Assembly (NCBI GenBank): GCA_016871805.1
Contig: VHCG01000001.1
Span: 129,562 to 193,561, forward strand
Direction: 5' to 3'
Source of the DNA: Verrucomicrobiota bacterium
GTDB lineage: Bacteria > Verrucomicrobiota > Verrucomicrobiia > Limisphaerales > UBA9464
Length of the DNA: 64,000 nt
Both the position numbers and the translations under genes were made by a program. Below are positions 9,847-19,244 of the stretch, piece after piece; position 1 is the stretch's first letter, and each line of letters begins with the position of its first letter. A model generated the notes under the pieces. The model saw only the letters and a program-made list of their open reading frames with translations. It was not told where the DNA came from and did no database searches.

Positions 9847-10500
9847 ATGAGACTCGCCATCTGCATCAGTGGTCCCCTGGATTTCTTCCGGGAATCCTTC
9901 GAGTCGTTGAAGGCCAACATCATCGCCCACAACCCCTGCGACCTGTTCATCCACGCCCAGCGGACCGAATGCGCCTCCCAGGCCATCACGCTGATCCAGC
10001 CCAAGCGCTTTACCCTCGAGGAGGCCGTGCAGGACTTCGAGATCCCCGGGTTCTTCCATCAGGCGAAATACCCGGAGACCCGGATCGAGGACCTCTTCTG
10101 GCAGTGGAGGGACGTCCACCGATGCCTGCGGTTGGTGCCCGAAGGCTATGATGCGGTGCTGCGGACCCGGCTCGACCTGATCTACCCGGAGCCGCTCCGC
10201 CTCGCGGGCGCCGACTTCAACCAGTACTGGATCCCGAAGGGAGGCGATGCGCGACGGGGGGTGTTCGACCAGTTCGCCATCTCAAGCCCCGGCAACATGC
10301 GCTACTACGCCTCGCTCTATGAGAGGCTGGTCCGGTATGTCGACGGCGGGGTCATCGCGCATTCCGAGACGCTTCTGAGGCATCATCTCCTGTTCCAACC
10401 CCACGTTCTCTCGACGCTCGCCCGGTTCGAATTCCCCCTGCGACGGATCCAGATGGAAGGATCCGAGCTTCGGATCAAGCCGGCGAACCCTCTGTCCTAG
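9847..10500 (+). CDS. Hypothetical protein (possibly nucleotide-sugar transferase-like)
   Basis: 217-aa ORF (MRLAICISGPLDFFRESFESLKANIIAH...) with non-biased, protein-like composition. I recognise no family. Confidence 0.5.
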   Translation: MRLAICISGPLDFFRESFESLKANIIAHNPCDLFIHAQRTECASQAITLIQPKRFTLEEAVQDFEIPGFFHQAKYPETRIEDLFWQWRDVHRCLRLVPEGYDAVLRTRLDLIYPEPLRLAGADFNQYWIPKGGDARRGVFDQFAISSPGNMRYYASLYERLVRYVDGGVIAHSETLLRHHLLFQPHVLSTLARFEFPLRRIQMEGSELRIKPANPLS

Positions 10501-10579
10501 CCACCAGCCGAAACGGAACTCCTTGCCCCTACAAGGGCCGACGGCGTGTCCATGCATACCCCACCACTCGGTGGATCCC

Positions 10580-10695
10580 GGGTGAGGGTCAGGTCATGGG
10601 TGGGGTCAAGGTCATGGGTGGGGTCAGGTCATGGGTGGGGTCAGGTCATGGGTGAGGGTCAGGTCATGAGGTTATGGGTGGGGTCAGGTCATGAG
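10580..10695. repeat. Tandem array of about 6.5 copies of a 17-18-bp unit GGGTG(R)GGTCAGGTCAT
   Basis: Read directly: gggtgagggtcaggtcat / gggtggggtcaaggtcat / gggtggggtcaggtcat / gggtggggtcaggtcat / gggtgagggtcaggtcat / gaggttat gggtggggtcaggtcat gag. The copies are contiguous with no spacers. The array ends ~80 bp upstream of the pheT ATG. Confidence 0.9.
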
Positions 10696-10772
10696 TGACG
10701 ATGCGGGCAGTGCCTGTGCGCGGCATTGCCCCTACACCCCGGAATCCGCAGACTGGACGCCTTGCTTCAACC

Positions 10773-13232
10773 ATGAAGGTCACCCTCAGCTGGCTCAGGA
10801 ACCATGTGAACGTCACCGGCACCCCCGCCGAGCTGGCAGACCGTCTCACCCAACTCGGCCTCGAGGTCGAAGGCGTCGAGGTCACCGCAGGCGACTTCGC
10901 AGGCGTGGTCGTCGCGCAGGTCATCACCCGCGACAAACACTCGAATGCCGACAAGCTCTCGATCTGCCGAGTGAACGACGGCACCGGTGAGCGTCAGATC
11001 GTCTGCGGCGCGCAGAACTTCCAGGCGGGCGACAAGGTCCCGCTGATCCTTCCCGGCGCCTCCCTTCCCCCGAAGCCCGGGGACGCCCAGCCGTTCACCA
11101 TCAAGGTCGGCAAGATCCGCGGCGTGGAATCCCATGGCATGATGTGCTCGAGTACGGAGCTCGGGATCGATCCCCTCGCGATCGGACTCAAGCTCGAGGA
11201 CGGACTCCTCATCCTGCCGCCCGACACCCGGGTCGGCCAACCCTTTGCCGAGTTCCTCGGCCGAAGCAGCGGCGATGTCCTGTTCGACCTCGAGGTCACC
11301 CCCAACCGGCCCGACCTCAACAGTGTCATCGGCATCGCCCGCGAACTCGCGGCCGTCACCGGCAATGCCCTCTGCGTCCCGGATCCCCAGCCCACGGCCA
11401 CGGGCTCCGAACCGGTCGACCGCCAGGTCGTCGTGCGTCTCGACGCCCCCGATCTCTGCCCCAGGTATACGGCCCGGGTCATCCGGGGGCTCCGTGTCGG
11501 ACCCAGCCCTGATTGGCTGCGCCAGGCCCTCGAGGGGGTCGGACTGCGCAGCATCAACACCGTGGTCGATGTCACCAACTTCGTGATGCTCGAGACCGGC
11601 CAGCCGCTGCATGCGTTCGATCTCCAACGGCTCGCCCGGGACGCCGAGGGCCGGACCACCGTCATCGTCCGACGCGCCAACGAGGGCGAGGTCTTCGTGA
11701 CGCTGGACGGCCAGGAACGACGACTCAGCCCCGACCACCTGTTGATCGCCGACATCGAAAAGGGCCTTGCCCTGGCGGGCGTCATGGGTGGGCTCCACTC
11801 CGGGATCAACGAGGGGACGGTCGACATCCTGATCGAATCGGCCTACTTCGCGCCCACCGGCATCCGTCGCACCAGCAAGGCTCTGGGACTGCGGACCGAC
11901 GCCAGCTATCGGTTCGAACGGGGAGCCGACATCGCGGCGAGCGACCTCGCCAGCCGGCGCTGCGCCGAACTCATCCTGAAGCTGGCCGGTGGACAGCTCT
12001 CGCCGGGAGTCGTGGACGCCCATCCGAAGCCGAAGGCGCCTCAATCGATCGAACTCCGCCACGCCAAGGTGAATGCACTGCTCGGTCTCCGGCTCTCGGC
12101 CGAGGAGATCGATGGCCCCCTGCTTCGGCTCGGCCTCGTCCACGAGGGAGGATCCGGCGGGGAGACCTCCACCAGCCGGTTCCGGATTCCGACCTTCCGG
12201 GTCGACCTGAAGCGTGAGATCGACCTGATCGAGGAGGCGGCCCGTCTGTACGGCGTCGAACGCATCCCATCGACCCCGCCCCGGGGGGCCCTCGGAAGCC
12301 ATCCGTTCGACCAGCGCTACGATCGCTTCGCCCAGGTCCGGGAGCTGCTGAGCGGCCTCGGTCTGACGGAGGTCCAGGGACAGACCCTGATCGCGTCGTC
12401 CGGGATCCTCTCCGGCGAACCCGAATCGTGGGTCCGGCTCGAGAACCCGTTGAGCAGCGAGATGGACTGCCTTCGTCCGAGCCTCCTCCCGGGAATCCTC
12501 ACACTCCTGAGCCACAACCAGCATCGGAAGTCGGCGGACCTCCAGGTGTTCGAGCTGGGGCGGACCTTCATCCGGACCGCCTCCGGTCTCCAGGAGCGCT
12601 GGCGTCTGGCCATCGGCCTCACCGGCCTGCGACGTCCGGAGTTCTGGTCGGGCGCCGACCGCGACGCCCTGTGCGATCTCTTCGACCTGAAGGGGATTCT
12701 CGAGGACCTGTTCGAGCGAATCGGCCTCCGGGCCGTCGCCTGGACCCGTCGTGCGGAGCCCACCGCCCTCTTCATCGAATCAGCCGACCTCTCGCTGGGT
12801 GGAAAACTCGCGCTCGGGGAACTCGGCCAGGTCCAGCCCGGACTGGCCCGGCTCCATGACCTCCGTGCTCCGGTGTTCCTCGCGGAGGTCCAGCTGGAGA
12901 CGGTGCTCGACCGCTCGAATCCGGAGCGCTCCTTCAAGGCGCTGCCCCAGTTCCCGGAGGTCCGACGCGACCTCGCGCTCATCCTTCCGGAATCCACAAG
13001 CCACGACGCGGTGCTCAGCACGATCCGTCAGGCGAAGCCGAACCATCTTGAGAGGGTGGAGCTTTTCGACGTGTTCCGCGGCAAGCACGTCGCCGAGGGG
13101 CACAAGAGCGTGGCCTATGCGTTCACCTACCGCTCCCAGGAGCGGACCCTGAAGGACGACGAGGTCGGCGCCGCCCAGGCCCGGGTCATCGAGGCGCTCC
13201 GCTCGAAACTCGGTGCCCAGATCCGGGAGTGA
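10773..13232 (+). CDS. pheT: Phenylalanine--tRNA ligase beta subunit
   Basis: Track ORF 10695..13232 trimmed to MKVTLSWLRNHVNV. It has a tRNA-binding domain (HSNADKLSICRVNDG...IVCGAQNF), B3/4 and B5 regions, and the C-terminal anticodon-binding FDVFRGKHVAEGHKSVAYAFTYR. Confidence 0.93.
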   Translation: MKVTLSWLRNHVNVTGTPAELADRLTQLGLEVEGVEVTAGDFAGVVVAQVITRDKHSNADKLSICRVNDGTGERQIVCGAQNFQAGDKVPLILPGASLPPKPGDAQPFTIKVGKIRGVESHGMMCSSTELGIDPLAIGLKLEDGLLILPPDTRVGQPFAEFLGRSSGDVLFDLEVTPNRPDLNSVIGIARELAAVTGNALCVPDPQPTATGSEPVDRQVVVRLDAPDLCPRYTARVIRGLRVGPSPDWLRQALEGVGLRSINTVVDVTNFVMLETGQPLHAFDLQRLARDAEGRTTVIVRRANEGEVFVTLDGQERRLSPDHLLIADIEKGLALAGVMGGLHSGINEGTVDILIESAYFAPTGIRRTSKALGLRTDASYRFERGADIAASDLASRRCAELILKLAGGQLSPGVVDAHPKPKAPQSIELRHAKVNALLGLRLSAEEIDGPLLRLGLVHEGGSGGETSTSRFRIPTFRVDLKREIDLIEEAARLYGVERIPSTPPRGALGSHPFDQRYDRFAQVRELLSGLGLTEVQGQTLIASSGILSGEPESWVRLENPLSSEMDCLRPSLLPGILTLLSHNQHRKSADLQVFELGRTFIRTASGLQERWRLAIGLTGLRRPEFWSGADRDALCDLFDLKGILEDLFERIGLRAVAWTRRAEPTALFIESADLSLGGKLALGELGQVQPGLARLHDLRAPVFLAEVQLETVLDRSNPERSFKALPQFPEVRRDLALILPESTSHDAVLSTIRQAKPNHLERVELFDVFRGKHVAEGHKSVAYAFTYRSQERTLKDDEVGAAQARVIEALRSKLGAQIRE

Positions 13233-13311
13233 ACCGGGCGGGATCCGTGATCTGGTTTCCAAAGGTCGGGGAGCACGCAACCCCGCACCCGGATCCCGCA
13301 CCCACACCTAC

Positions 13312-13416
13312 TCAGGAGTCCGACCGCTCGGAATCCTCGATCTGCTCCTTCACGATGAACATGTAGATCCCGGTGATGACCACGCAGAAGGTGACGATGA
13401 CGAGGGTTGTCAGCAT
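13312..13416 (-). CDS. Candidate 34-aa single-pass membrane peptide
   Basis: Below the track size cutoff. Manual translation gives MLTTLVIVTFCVVITGIYMFIVKEQIEDSERSDS*. There is a hydrophobic helix and an acidic tail, but no obvious RBS. Confidence 0.3.
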   Translation of the reverse strand: MLTTLVIVTFCVVITGIYMFIVKEQIEDSERSDS

Positions 13417-13524
13417 GGATGCAGCGTATTGGCAATCGCGCGGGGACGTCAAATCCGGGGCGGGTCACCGGTTGGGATCCCCTTCCGACCGGGGAAAAGC
13501 TGGAACCCGCTCCGGGGCCTGCGG

Positions 13525-14151
13525 ATGATATCCGCTCTCGCGAAGCACTGCGACCCTGTCCCGCCCATGTCCGACGCCCCATCTCCCCAGGCCCTGATCT
13601 TCGACTGCGACGGCACCCTCGCCCACACGATGCCTGTCCATTGGGAGGCATGGAAGGAGGTGACCGCACGGCACGGTCTCGAGTTCCCGGAGGAGCGCTT
13701 CTACGCCCTGGGCGGGGTGCCCACGAGAGACATCGTCCGGATGCTGGCACAGGAACAGAACCGGCCCGAGATCAACCCGATCCACTTCGCGCACGAGAAG
13801 GAGGAGGCCTACTTCCGACGCTTCGAGCACATCGGCCCGGTCGAGGAGGTGGTGTCGATCGCCCGGAAGCATCGGGGACGGATCCCGATGGCCGTGGCCA
13901 GCGGCGGCTCCCGGCATGCCATCACCCGGGTGCTCCGGCACCTGTCGATCCTCGATTGGTTCGGGGCGGTGGTGACCAACGAGGATGTAGTGAACCAGAA
14001 GCCCGCACCCGACATCTTCCTCGAGGCGGCCCGACGCCTGGGCGTGCCGCCGCACCGGTGCAGGGCCTACGAGGACACCGACCTCGGCATGCAGTCGATC
14101 CGTGCCGCCGGCATGGACGCGGTCGACATCCGGCATTTCACCCGCGGCTGA
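13525..14151 (+). CDS. HAD-IA family hydrolase (beta-phosphoglucomutase/phosphatase-like)
   Basis: Same frame as track ORF 13213..14151. Motif I FDCDGTLAHT, then VASGGSR, KPAPDIFLEAARRLG and the C-terminal YEDTDLGMQSIRAAGM. An alternative start is ATG 13567. Confidence 0.85.
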   Translation: MISALAKHCDPVPPMSDAPSPQALIFDCDGTLAHTMPVHWEAWKEVTARHGLEFPEERFYALGGVPTRDIVRMLAQEQNRPEINPIHFAHEKEEAYFRRFEHIGPVEEVVSIARKHRGRIPMAVASGGSRHAITRVLRHLSILDWFGAVVTNEDVVNQKPAPDIFLEAARRLGVPPHRCRAYEDTDLGMQSIRAAGMDAVDIRHFTRG

Positions 14152-14228
14152 TTCCCCAGAGCCAGCCTAGCGATTCTCGCCGGCCTCGACTTCGCCACCC
14201 GATCCCACCCCATCATCGCCCCGGAACC

Positions 14229-16019
14229 ATGTCGGAATCCGCCCCCACCCCAGGCAACGCCACGCCCGAACCCACCGATTTCATCCGGGACCTCGTCTCG
14301 GCGGACCTCGCCGCCGGCCGGGTCACCCAGATCCACACGCGGTTCCCGCCGGAACCCAACGGGTATCTGCATATCGGACACGCCAAGTCGATCTGCCTCA
14401 ACTTCGGCATCGCGCGCCAGTTCGACGGCATCTGCAACCTGCGGATGGACGACACCAACCCGGCGAAGGAGGACGTCGAATATGTCGACTCGATCATCGC
14501 CGACATCCGGTGGCTGATCGACGGCTGGGCCGACCACTGTCTCGGACTGGGGCCACGGGATGCCGGATCCCCGGAACCGGGTTCGCTGCGGTCGGCGGTG
14601 GTGGGCCGGACCCCGGGGCCCGACGCGGGGCCGTTCCACGCCTCGAACTATTTCGAGGACCTCCACGCCTTCGCCGTGCGCCTGATCGAGAAGGGCAAGG
14701 CGTACGTCTGTGACCTGACCCCGGAGGAGACCGATGCCTACCGGGGTGCGCCGGACCGACCGGGGCGCAACAGCCCGTATCGCGACCGGTCCGTGGCGGA
14801 GAACCTCGATCTGTTCCGTCGGATGCGCGCCGGGGAGTTCCCCGACGGGGCGCGGACCCTTCGGGCGAAGATCGACATGGCCTCGCCGAACGTCTGGCTT
14901 CGGGACCCGCTGATCTACCGGATCCGCCACACCGCGCACCACCACACCGGCGACGCCTGGTGCATCTACCCGCTCTACGACTTCGCCCACTGCCTGAGCG
15001 ACTACCTCGAGGGGATCACCCACTCGATCTGCACGCTCGAGTTCGAGGTCCATCGGCCGCTCTACGACTGGATCCTGACCCAGCTGGAACTGCCGCGGCC
15101 CCTGCCCCATCAGTTCGAATTCGCGCGCCTCAACCTCAGCTACACGGTGATGAGCAAGCGGAAGCTGCTGGCGCTGGTGAACGAGAACCGTGTGACCGGC
15201 TGGGATGATCCCCGGATGCCGACCGTCTCGGGACTCCGTCGACGCGGCGTGCCAGCCCGCGCCGTGCGGACCTTTGCCCAGAGGATCGGGGTGACGAAGT
15301 ACAACGGCCTGACCGACGTCGCCGTGCTGGAGCATGCCATCCGGGAGGATCTCAACGCGATCGCGCTGCGCCGCCTCGCGGTGCTCCGTCCGATCCGGCT
15401 CGTCCTGACCAACCTCGCACCAGACGAGGTCCACTCGTTCGAGGCCATCAACAATCCCGAGGATCCCGCCTCGGGCACCCGGACGGTCCGTCTCACCCGT
15501 GAGGTGTACATCGAGGAGGACGACTTCATGGAGACGCCGCCACCGAAGTACTTCCGGCTGCGTCCGGGCGGCGAGGTGAGGCTCAAGTATGCCTGCATCA
15601 TCCGCTGCGACGAGGTCGTGAAGGATGCCGCCGGCCGGATCCTCGAGCTCCGGTGCACGGCGGATCTCGACACCCGGACCGGTGGGCCGAATGCCGCCAA
15701 GAAGGTCAAGGGGACCCTCCACTGGGTCAGCGCCCCGGACAGCGTCGGGGTGGAGGTGCGGTTGCTGGATCGCCTCTTCACCGAGGAACTGCCGGAGGCG
15801 GAGGGGCGGGACTTCCGGTCGTGCCTGAACCCGAAATCGCTCGAGGTCCTGACCGCACGGGTTGAACCGGCGCTGGCCAACCCGGAACCCGGCAGCCGGT
15901 TCCAGTTCGAGCGTCTCGGCTACTTCTGGCCCGACCCTGTCGACAGCCGTCCCGGGCATCCTGTCTATGTGCGGACGACGGGCCTCAAGGACACCTGGGC
16001 CAAAGCGGCCGCCAAGTAG
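14229..16019 (+). CDS. glnS: Glutamine--tRNA ligase
   Basis: Track ORF 13407..16019 trimmed to MSESAPTPGN... Class I HIGH motif is RFPPEPNGYLHIGHAKS, and the KMSKS-like motif is VMSKRKL. The GlnRS-type C-terminal beta-barrel includes RFQFERLGYFWPD. Confidence 0.92.
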   Translation: MSESAPTPGNATPEPTDFIRDLVSADLAAGRVTQIHTRFPPEPNGYLHIGHAKSICLNFGIARQFDGICNLRMDDTNPAKEDVEYVDSIIADIRWLIDGWADHCLGLGPRDAGSPEPGSLRSAVVGRTPGPDAGPFHASNYFEDLHAFAVRLIEKGKAYVCDLTPEETDAYRGAPDRPGRNSPYRDRSVAENLDLFRRMRAGEFPDGARTLRAKIDMASPNVWLRDPLIYRIRHTAHHHTGDAWCIYPLYDFAHCLSDYLEGITHSICTLEFEVHRPLYDWILTQLELPRPLPHQFEFARLNLSYTVMSKRKLLALVNENRVTGWDDPRMPTVSGLRRRGVPARAVRTFAQRIGVTKYNGLTDVAVLEHAIREDLNAIALRRLAVLRPIRLVLTNLAPDEVHSFEAINNPEDPASGTRTVRLTREVYIEEDDFMETPPPKYFRLRPGGEVRLKYACIIRCDEVVKDAAGRILELRCTADLDTRTGGPNAAKKVKGTLHWVSAPDSVGVEVRLLDRLFTEELPEAEGRDFRSCLNPKSLEVLTARVEPALANPEPGSRFQFERLGYFWPDPVDSRPGHPVYVRTTGLKDTWAKAAAK

Positions 16020-16060
16020 CGGCGACGGCGTGCCCTCGCCTGCGCCTCGCCTGCGCCTCG

Positions 16061-16417
16061 TCAGCGTCGCATCGCGGCGGGACGGTTGGTCTCCGGGCGC
16101 GGTGGGGTCTCGAATTTGACGATGGTCTCCCCGGTGCGGGCCATGCCTCGCTCGCGCGCCGCGCGTTCCACCGTCCGCTTGTCCTTCTGGAGCGCGTTGA
16201 CGGTCGACTGCAGGGAGCGCAGCTCCGTCTGGAGCGTGGAGAGCTGCGCCCGGTTCCGCTCGAGGCGCTCACGGAGGTCCCGGTTCTGCTGGATCAGCGG
16301 CAGGTAGGTGAGTCCGGCACCTGCCAGAAGGGCCAGGACGATGAGGACGACAAGGATCCGATTGGCCAATCCCCAAAGCCCTTCCCCGGTCGGGTCCACC
16401 CTCAGTCGTCGGCTCAT
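16061..16417 (-). CDS. Septum formation initiator (FtsB/DivIC-like) family protein
   Basis: Track ORF 16061..16771 trimmed to MSRRLRV... It has an N-terminal TM (ILVVLIVLALLAGAGLTYL) followed by a coiled coil (QQNRDLRERLERNRAQLSTLQTELRSLQSTVNALQKD). Its ATG overlaps the upstream gene's stop (ATGA). Confidence 0.7.
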   Translation of the reverse strand: MSRRLRVDPTGEGLWGLANRILVVLIVLALLAGAGLTYLPLIQQNRDLRERLERNRAQLSTLQTELRSLQSTVNALQKDKRTVERAARERGMARTGETIVKFETPPRPETNRPAAMRR

Positions 16418-16836
16418 TTGTACTGGAGTCGGGCGTTTGTGAGCCGATGATCCGGTCCGAAGGTGAGCAGGAGGTAGACAGAGGGGGTGGAGCCGATGTT
16501 CCCGCCGGGACTCACGAGGACGCCGTTGGGCCAGGAACCGACGACCACCGCGGTGCTGGGGGTTGAGTAGACCCGGCTGCTCTGCTGGAGCCAGTCGGCC
16601 ACCTTCCCGCCATTGTCGAGGTCGGCCACATGGTTGGGAGGACCCAGCTCGCTCAAGGCCTCGTCGTAGGTCAGCGCCCCGATGCGCGACGTGTACTTGT
16701 CGAGAATCTTCGAGGCACAGCCGAGGCAGAACGCCGCCATCAGGCCCAGGACGGCCAGTTTCCGAGACCACGATCGCGTCGCCACCACGGGCGGAGGGTA
16801 GCCTCGGTCACCCCGACCGTGGGAAGCGGAATCCAT
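16414..16836 (-). CDS. Hypothetical lipoprotein
   Basis: Track ORF 16414..16944 trimmed to MDSASHG... A lipobox-like LMAAFCLGCAS is present. The gene is translationally coupled to the downstream FtsB-like gene. Confidence 0.6.
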   Translation of the reverse strand: MDSASHGRGDRGYPPPVVATRSWSRKLAVLGLMAAFCLGCASKILDKYTSRIGALTYDEALSELGPPNHVADLDNGGKVADWLQQSSRVYSTPSTAVVVGSWPNGVLVSPGGNIGSTPSVYLLLTFGPDHRLTNARLQYK

Positions 16837-16855
16837 GGGTCGCCTTGGGCGGGAG

Positions 16856-19120
16856 TCAACGCGGCCTGAGGATCCGTCCGCGGGCCGCAAGCGCCAGGAG
16901 GGCCAGGAGTCCGAGGAACGGGAGCATCGAGAGCAGGTCAGCATCCGGTCCCGCGAAGAACCGGTTGGACCGCGTGGCCCACTCCGTGATCGCCCGATCC
17001 GTCGTCTCGAACCCCGCTGCCAGGAACGCGATCACGATCCCGGCGATCGCCCCTCCGGCGATGTAGCCCGAGGCCATCAGGACCCCGGGTGACCGATCGC
17101 CCTCCGCCGAGATCTCCTCCGGCCCGAGGCCCCGACGGACCTGGTCGGGCCTCTGGGAACGGTCGACCCACCAGCGGATCACCCCGCCGGCGAAGATGCC
17201 CATCGAGACGGCGACCGGCAGATAGACCCCGACGGCGAAGGCCAGGGCATTGACCCCGGCGAGCTCGAGGACGAGCGCCAGCAGGGCCCCAAGGATCACC
17301 AGCTCCCACGGCAGCTGACGGTCGAGGATGCCCTTGATGATGTAGCTCACCAGAACCGCCTTGGGGGCGTCGAACTTCCGCACGACGCTCCCATCGGGAC
17401 GCTCCGGATGGCTGCCGTTGATCCCGGGATCCACCATCCAGACGGGTCGACCCGCATCGTCCACGAGGAACTTCTGCGATCCGCCACCGACCGGGTCGGG
17501 CTGGTGCCACACCCGGTACTCGGTCTGGTCGTGCATGCCCTGGGAGCCCTGGATGCCTTCGCGCGGGAGATCCTTGAGGGACTCTGCAGGGACCCTGAGG
17601 GCGGGGGCGATCTCCTTGGCGTCGACATAGGTGGTCGCGCTCTGGTTCAGGCTCAGGAGGATGGGGCCGAGGGTGACGGAGGAGGCCAGGGCTCCCACGA
17701 GGATGGCGATCTGCTGGAGCCTGGGCGTTCCCCCGATGAGGAAGCCGGTCTTGAGATCCTGGGAGGTGGTGCCGCCGTTCGAGCAGGCGATGCAGACGAT
17801 GGCGCCGACCGAGAGGGCTGTGACGTAGTACCCCTTTCCGGTCCACCCCACGGCGAGGAAGGCGAGGCAGGTCAGGAGGAGCGTGGCGATGGTCATGCCG
17901 GAGACGGGATTCGACGACGACCCGATCTCGCCGGTCAGCCGGGACGAGACGGTGACGAACAGGAACCCGAGCGACACGATCAGGAGTGCGCCGAGAAGAT
18001 TCATGTGCAGCGGCGGGGCGAGGGTGATCGCCCCGAGGAGCACGATGATGCCGATCAGCACGGTCTTGAGGGACAGGTCCCGACCCGTCCGCCCGCTGGC
18101 GGCATCCGGGTCGCCCCCCCGGCCCCCGGTGAGATCGGCGATGCCGTGCAGGATCCCGTGCCAGAGCGTGGGGAGGGATCGGATCAGGCTGATGAGCCCA
18201 CCCGCGGCCACCGCACCCGCGCCGAGGTAGAGCAGGTATTCGCCGCGGATCTGCGAAGGCGACATCTCCCCGATCAGGCGTGTCCCGGGAGGCACGACCT
18301 CGCCGAGCCGGCGTCCAAAGAACTGGATCAGCGGGATCAGCACCAGGTAGCTGAGCACGCCGCCCGCCGCCATGATCCCAGCGATGCGGGGTCCGATGAT
18401 GTAGCCCACGCCCACCATCTCGGGGGAGACCTCGACGGAGATCGAGCCGCCCCGGAGCGGTGCCCCGAAGACCTTCTCGGGGACGTCCTTCCAGAGCTTG
18501 AAGGCCACGTTGGCGGTCTTGTAGAGGAGGCCGACGGCGAACCCCACGAGGATGGTCCGGGAGTCGAGACGGGTGGCGGCTCCCTCGAGGCGATGGACCG
18601 GATCGGCTTCCGCCCGGGATTCCTCGCCCGCCCCGGCCTTGAGCACCTCGGCGCATGCGGTTCCCTCCGGATACTTCAGCTCCCCATGCTGCTGGACGAT
18701 CAGCGCCCGACGGAGCGGGATCATCATCAGGATCCCGAGCAGCCCCCCGAGGACGGCGACGAGGAGCACGCGGCCGACCTCGAGATCGAAGCCGAGGATG
18801 AGGATGGCGGGCATGGTGACCCCGACACCGAACGCGATGGATTCCCCGGCGGAACCGGCGGTCTGGGCGATGTTGTGCTCGAGGATCGTCGCCTCTCGCC
18901 CCCCCATGCGGGCCCACAGCTTGAACAGTGTAATCGAGATCACGGCCACCGGGATGCTCGCGCTCACCGTGAGGCCGACCTTGAGGGTGAGGTACAGCGA
19001 AGACGCACCGAAGACGATGCCCAGCAGCGTGCCCACCACCAGGGAGCGGAACGTGAACTCGGGCAGCCTCGAGGTGGCGGGGATGAAGGGCCGGAAGGAG
19101 GTCCTGGGGGGTGTCGCCAT
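16856..19120 (-). CDS. OPT family oligopeptide transporter
   Basis: 754-aa polytopic membrane protein with the OPT-type N-terminus EFTFRSLVVGTLLGIVFGASSLYLTLKVGLTVSASIPVAVISITLF, many TM helices and an internal soluble insert. Confidence 0.85.
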   Translation of the reverse strand: MATPPRTSFRPFIPATSRLPEFTFRSLVVGTLLGIVFGASSLYLTLKVGLTVSASIPVAVISITLFKLWARMGGREATILEHNIAQTAGSAGESIAFGVGVTMPAILILGFDLEVGRVLLVAVLGGLLGILMMIPLRRALIVQQHGELKYPEGTACAEVLKAGAGEESRAEADPVHRLEGAATRLDSRTILVGFAVGLLYKTANVAFKLWKDVPEKVFGAPLRGGSISVEVSPEMVGVGYIIGPRIAGIMAAGGVLSYLVLIPLIQFFGRRLGEVVPPGTRLIGEMSPSQIRGEYLLYLGAGAVAAGGLISLIRSLPTLWHGILHGIADLTGGRGGDPDAASGRTGRDLSLKTVLIGIIVLLGAITLAPPLHMNLLGALLIVSLGFLFVTVSSRLTGEIGSSSNPVSGMTIATLLLTCLAFLAVGWTGKGYYVTALSVGAIVCIACSNGGTTSQDLKTGFLIGGTPRLQQIAILVGALASSVTLGPILLSLNQSATTYVDAKEIAPALRVPAESLKDLPREGIQGSQGMHDQTEYRVWHQPDPVGGGSQKFLVDDAGRPVWMVDPGINGSHPERPDGSVVRKFDAPKAVLVSYIIKGILDRQLPWELVILGALLALVLELAGVNALAFAVGVYLPVAVSMGIFAGGVIRWWVDRSQRPDQVRRGLGPEEISAEGDRSPGVLMASGYIAGGAIAGIVIAFLAAGFETTDRAITEWATRSNRFFAGPDADLLSMLPFLGLLALLALAARGRILRPR

Positions 19121-19244
19121 AAGACGCCGTCACGGTGGAGAACGGAACCCCACCGGGCAAGGCCGCCGATCCTCGGAGACGGGACCGATGGGGGCGCCGA
19201 GGCTATTGACGACCCCGCATCCGGAAGGGGAGCGTTGCACCCTC

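Noticed and set aside
10580-10695. CRISPR array
   Set aside because: The repeats are only 17-18 bp and directly abut each other with no spacers. There are no cas genes in the window.
16020-16060. Direct repeat cgcctgcgcctcgcctgcgcctcg after glnS as a terminator
   Set aside because: It is a direct repeat, not an inverted one. There is no stem-loop or T-run.
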